64,000 bases of DNA from Candidatus Omnitrophota bacterium (GTDB taxonomy: Bacteria; Omnitrophota; Gorgyraeia; JAZDFF01). The first letter of the stretch is position 1. Each line of letters begins with the position of its first letter. The position numbers and the translations under genes are program-made. The notes beneath the pieces were generated by a model. The model did no database searches. It was not told the origin of the DNA and worked only from the letters and a program-made list of their open reading frames with translations. Location: positions 38,667-102,666 of the forward strand of contig JAZDFF010000042.1 of NCBI GenBank assembly GCA_043808095.1, written 5' to 3'. Of this stretch, positions 61,312 through 64,000 are shown piece after piece.

Positions 61312-62247
61312 CTATCCCAATGTATCGCCGGGGCTAATCTTGTGACCGGCAATAAAACTCCCTGCATCCAGAACCTTGGATGATTCTAATTGAAGCACCT
61401 TTATGGTTAAAATACCTCCTCCTGTGATAACAGAAATACCTTCCTTATTTACCTCACTAATATATCCCGGTAATTTTTTAGGCACTTCGGTAGGATTTTG
61501 GACTTCGCTCTTATAGATTTTAAGAAGCTCATCTTTATAATAGGTAAAGCTCCCCGGCCAAGGAAGCAACCCTCTTATGCGGTTATGAATTTCTAAAGAG
61601 GATTTTTGCCAATCAATCAGGCCGTCTTGTTTTTTTAGTTTGGGGGCGTAACTTGCCTCCTCTTCATTTTGTTCGGTCAGAGAAAAATCTCTATTTTCGA
61701 TTTTGTGTAATACCTTAGCAAAACTGGAGGCAGCCAACTTTGATAACTTGTCCTTAAGGCTTAGATAATCGTCGGAGGCCAAGATGCCAATTTTATCTTT
61801 TAAGATGATCTCGCCTTTATCCATAAACTCATTCATTTTTATAATGGTGATACCTGTTTCTTTATCGCCGTTAATGATTGCCCAGTTTATACAGGAAGCC
61901 CCCCGGTATTTAGGCAGGAGCGAGGCATGGATATTGATACTAAAGATTTTGGGAATCGCAAGAACCTCTCTTTTTAAAATCTGGCCAAAATGAACCACGA
62001 TAAATAGATCCGGGTTTAAAGACTCTAGATATTTTAGTGAATCAGGACTATTAATATCTTGAGGCTGAAAAACTGGGATTTCTTTTTTCAGAGCAGCCTC
62101 TTTAATCAAAGATGGTACTAATGGCAGATGCCTTCCTTTTCTGGTGTCGCCCCCGGTAACAACGGCTAAGACCTTATACCTTGATTCCATTAAAGTCTGG
62201 AGGCAGGGTAAAGCAAACTTATCAGTTCCGAAGAATACGATATCCAT
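61312..62247 (-). CDS. fmt: Methionyl-tRNA formyltransferase
   Basis: VFFGT..FA, NIHASLLPKYRGA, MDKG, PWPG. Confidence 0.96.
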   Translation of the reverse strand: MDIVFFGTDKFALPCLQTLMESRYKVLAVVTGGDTRKGRHLPLVPSLIKEAALKKEIPVFQPQDINSPDSLKYLESLNPDLFIVVHFGQILKREVLAIPKIFSINIHASLLPKYRGASCINWAIINGDKETGITIIKMNEFMDKGEIILKDKIGILASDDYLSLKDKLSKLAASSFAKVLHKIENRDFSLTEQNEEEASYAPKLKKQDGLIDWQKSSLEIHNRIRGLLPWPGSFTYYKDELLKIYKSEVQNPTEVPKKLPGYISEVNKEGISVITGGGILTIKVLQLESSKVLDAGSFIAGHKISPGDTLG

Positions 62248-62302
62248 TTCTTTCTAAATTAATTACGATTTAAAGTTAACTATCAACGATTACTTATTTT
62301 AT

Positions 62303-62408
62303 AAACGGATGCATACGAATTATTACGCCTGCCTCACCGGCAGGCAGGGATGTCGCAGATAAAAATATCCGTATGAATCCGTGTTTTTCATCCGTTTTAA
62401 TCTGCGAA
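62303..62408. repeat. cggat/atccg arm repeat containing the empty cctgcctcaccggcaggcagg palindrome (62328-62348)
   Basis: Equals the two ends of the 88-bp element joined without the 67-bp core. Confidence 0.8.
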
Positions 62409-62428
62409 TAAAATATTTTTTAATCAAC

Positions 62429-64000
62429 TTAAAAATACGGGTCTACATCAATTATAACAGTAACCGAACCTTTTCTAAAGGACTTTATGTTTTTATCTAA
62501 AAGCTTGCGGATAGCCGTATGATTTTTAGATTTCAGCAGAATCTGCATCCTGAAATTCTCGCGTAATTTAAAGAGTGATGATTCATGGGGGCTTGATATA
62601 TTAACCGTGCTTTTAGTTTTAGTAAACGCATTAAATAAATCTTGCGATGCGTCTCTTGCTCTTGCCTCGTCTTTAGACTTCAGATAGACGCAAACCAAAT
62701 GTCCTACAGGAGGAAAATTAAGCTGCCTTCTGTTTTTGAGCTCCTCATTAATGAAATTCTGATAATCCGAGCTTTTAAGCGCCTTAAAACAATAATTTTC
62801 GGGATGAAAGGTCTGGATAATCATCTTTGAGTCAACCAGTAACGAAAGCCGCGCAAGAAGCGCATAGGTCCTTTCTGCAGACCTAAAGTCTACTCTATTT
62901 AATAAAGAATCTATTGCCAATACCCCCATAAGATCTATAGGGTGTTTTAATTGTTTGAGAATTATCTGGGATGAAACCAAAATATCAAAAGGCCCTTTCA
63001 GCGTTTTGTCTTTATCTAGTAGGGTTATCTTAAAGTTAGGGAAAATTCTAGCTATTTCACTTTCAATCTTTTCTGTTCCCAGGCCCTTAAAGACAATATA
63101 GGAACTGTTACATGCTGGGCAGATTTCAGGAAGAGGCATCTTGAAGTTGCAATGATGACAGCTCAACTGTTTCTTCGCATAGTAATAAGTAAGGCCGATA
63201 TTACATCTGGGGCAACGTAACAGGAGGCCGCAATTTCTACAGCGTGAAATACTGGCAAATCCTCCCCGATTGATAAAAAACGCTGCTTTTTTACCCGCAT
63301 CAAGAGTTTTCTTGGTCTCTTCTAAAAGTGCCCTGGAAAACAAAATCTTTTGTTTCTTGGCTGTTTGGTAGTGTCTACGCATATCCACAAGCTGTATCTG
63401 GGGAAGTTTTCTGTTAGAATCTTTTATCTTCAATAATTGCGCCAAACCTTTCTTAACCAGATAATATGATTCGAGACTCGGGGTGGGGCTTCTAAGAACC
63501 ACTGTGGTATGTTCCAAGCGGCCGCGCATAATGGCAACGTCTCTTGCATTATAATGCGGGACGTTTTCCTGCTTGTACACTGAACTCTCTTCATCATCAA
63601 CTATGATAAGCCCCAGTTTCTTTAAAGGGGAAAATACAGCTTTGCGGGTGCCTACGATTAGATCAAATTCATTCAATTTTGCCCTTTGCCAGATGTCTAA
63701 ATCTTGGCGGGCAGTTAAACTGCTATGAACTAAACCCACACTTAACGAAATCTTTGCTTTTATTGCCTGAATTGCCTCATGGGCTGCATTTAAATCAGGA
63801 ACCAGCAAAATTGCTCGTCTGCCTTGAGAAAAATTACTCTTGATTATTTCAATAAATGGCTGCCATCGGCCCAAACCGCAGTTATCATGAATAAGAAATA
63901 ATTTGAACTTATTGCTAACTAAGGCCTCATTTATTGTTTGTAATCTGGGGTCTTCACTCGTCTCGTAACTCCCTTCTTTTTTGTTAAGATCTTTGACCCC
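62429..64000 (-). CDS. priA: Primosomal protein N' (PriA) with degenerate helicase motifs; 5' end outside window
   Basis: Frame stays open to 64000 (own translation); VGTRKAVFSP, YKQE..P.YNARD, four CxxC pairs, IQT, DVDP. Confidence 0.92.
   Translation of the reverse strand, partial: GVKDLNKKEGSYETSEDPRLQTINEALVSNKFKLFLIHDNCGLGRWQPFIEIIKSNFSQGRRAILLVPDLNAAHEAIQAIKAKISLSVGLVHSSLTARQDLDIWQRAKLNEFDLIVGTRKAVFSPLKKLGLIIVDDEESSVYKQENVPHYNARDVAIMRGRLEHTTVVLRSPTPSLESYYLVKKGLAQLLKIKDSNRKLPQIQLVDMRRHYQTAKKQKILFSRALLEETKKTLDAGKKAAFFINRGGFASISRCRNCGLLLRCPRCNIGLTYYYAKKQLSCHHCNFKMPLPEICPACNSSYIVFKGLGTEKIESEIARIFPNFKITLLDKDKTLKGPFDILVSSQIILKQLKHPIDLMGVLAIDSLLNRVDFRSAERTYALLARLSLLVDSKMIIQTFHPENYCFKALKSSDYQNFINEELKNRRQLNFPPVGHLVCVYLKSKDEARARDASQDLFNAFTKTKSTVNISSPHESSLFKLRENFRMQILLKSKNHTAIRKLLDKNIKSFRKGSVTVIIDVDPYF

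Overview
A 64-kb stretch of bacterial core chromosome with almost all genes on the minus strand. Gene content and style suggest a PVC-superphylum anaerobe such as Ca. Omnitrophota; this is an inference, not verified. Genes include a PilB/MshEN/degenerate-GGDEF module, a radical SAM protein, mreBCD-mrdA-rodA, aroA, ileS-dksA-lspA-lgt-rluD, hisDBH, alaS-recX, htrA, recA, an active diguanylate cyclase, pilZ-smc, an acyl-CoA dehydrogenase/Etf cluster, glgC, a peptide ABC transporter, gap/pgk/tpiA/secG, purF, mnmG, two galT paralogs, fmt and priA. I found no rRNA, tRNA, CRISPR array, integrase or transposase. The most striking signal is non-genic. Nearly every intergenic gap is built from several families of short palindromes and 7/9/10-bp-periodic inverted arms that are inserted into one another, with filled and empty versions both visible. 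They also enter coding sequence in frame (hisH) and flank a four-helix-bundle gene. Several core proteins are unusual: SMC has a roughly half-length hinge, PriA has lost its ATPase motifs, one of the tandem GalT copies lacks the catalytic His, and the MshEN motifs are degenerate in complementary ways across two adjacent proteins.
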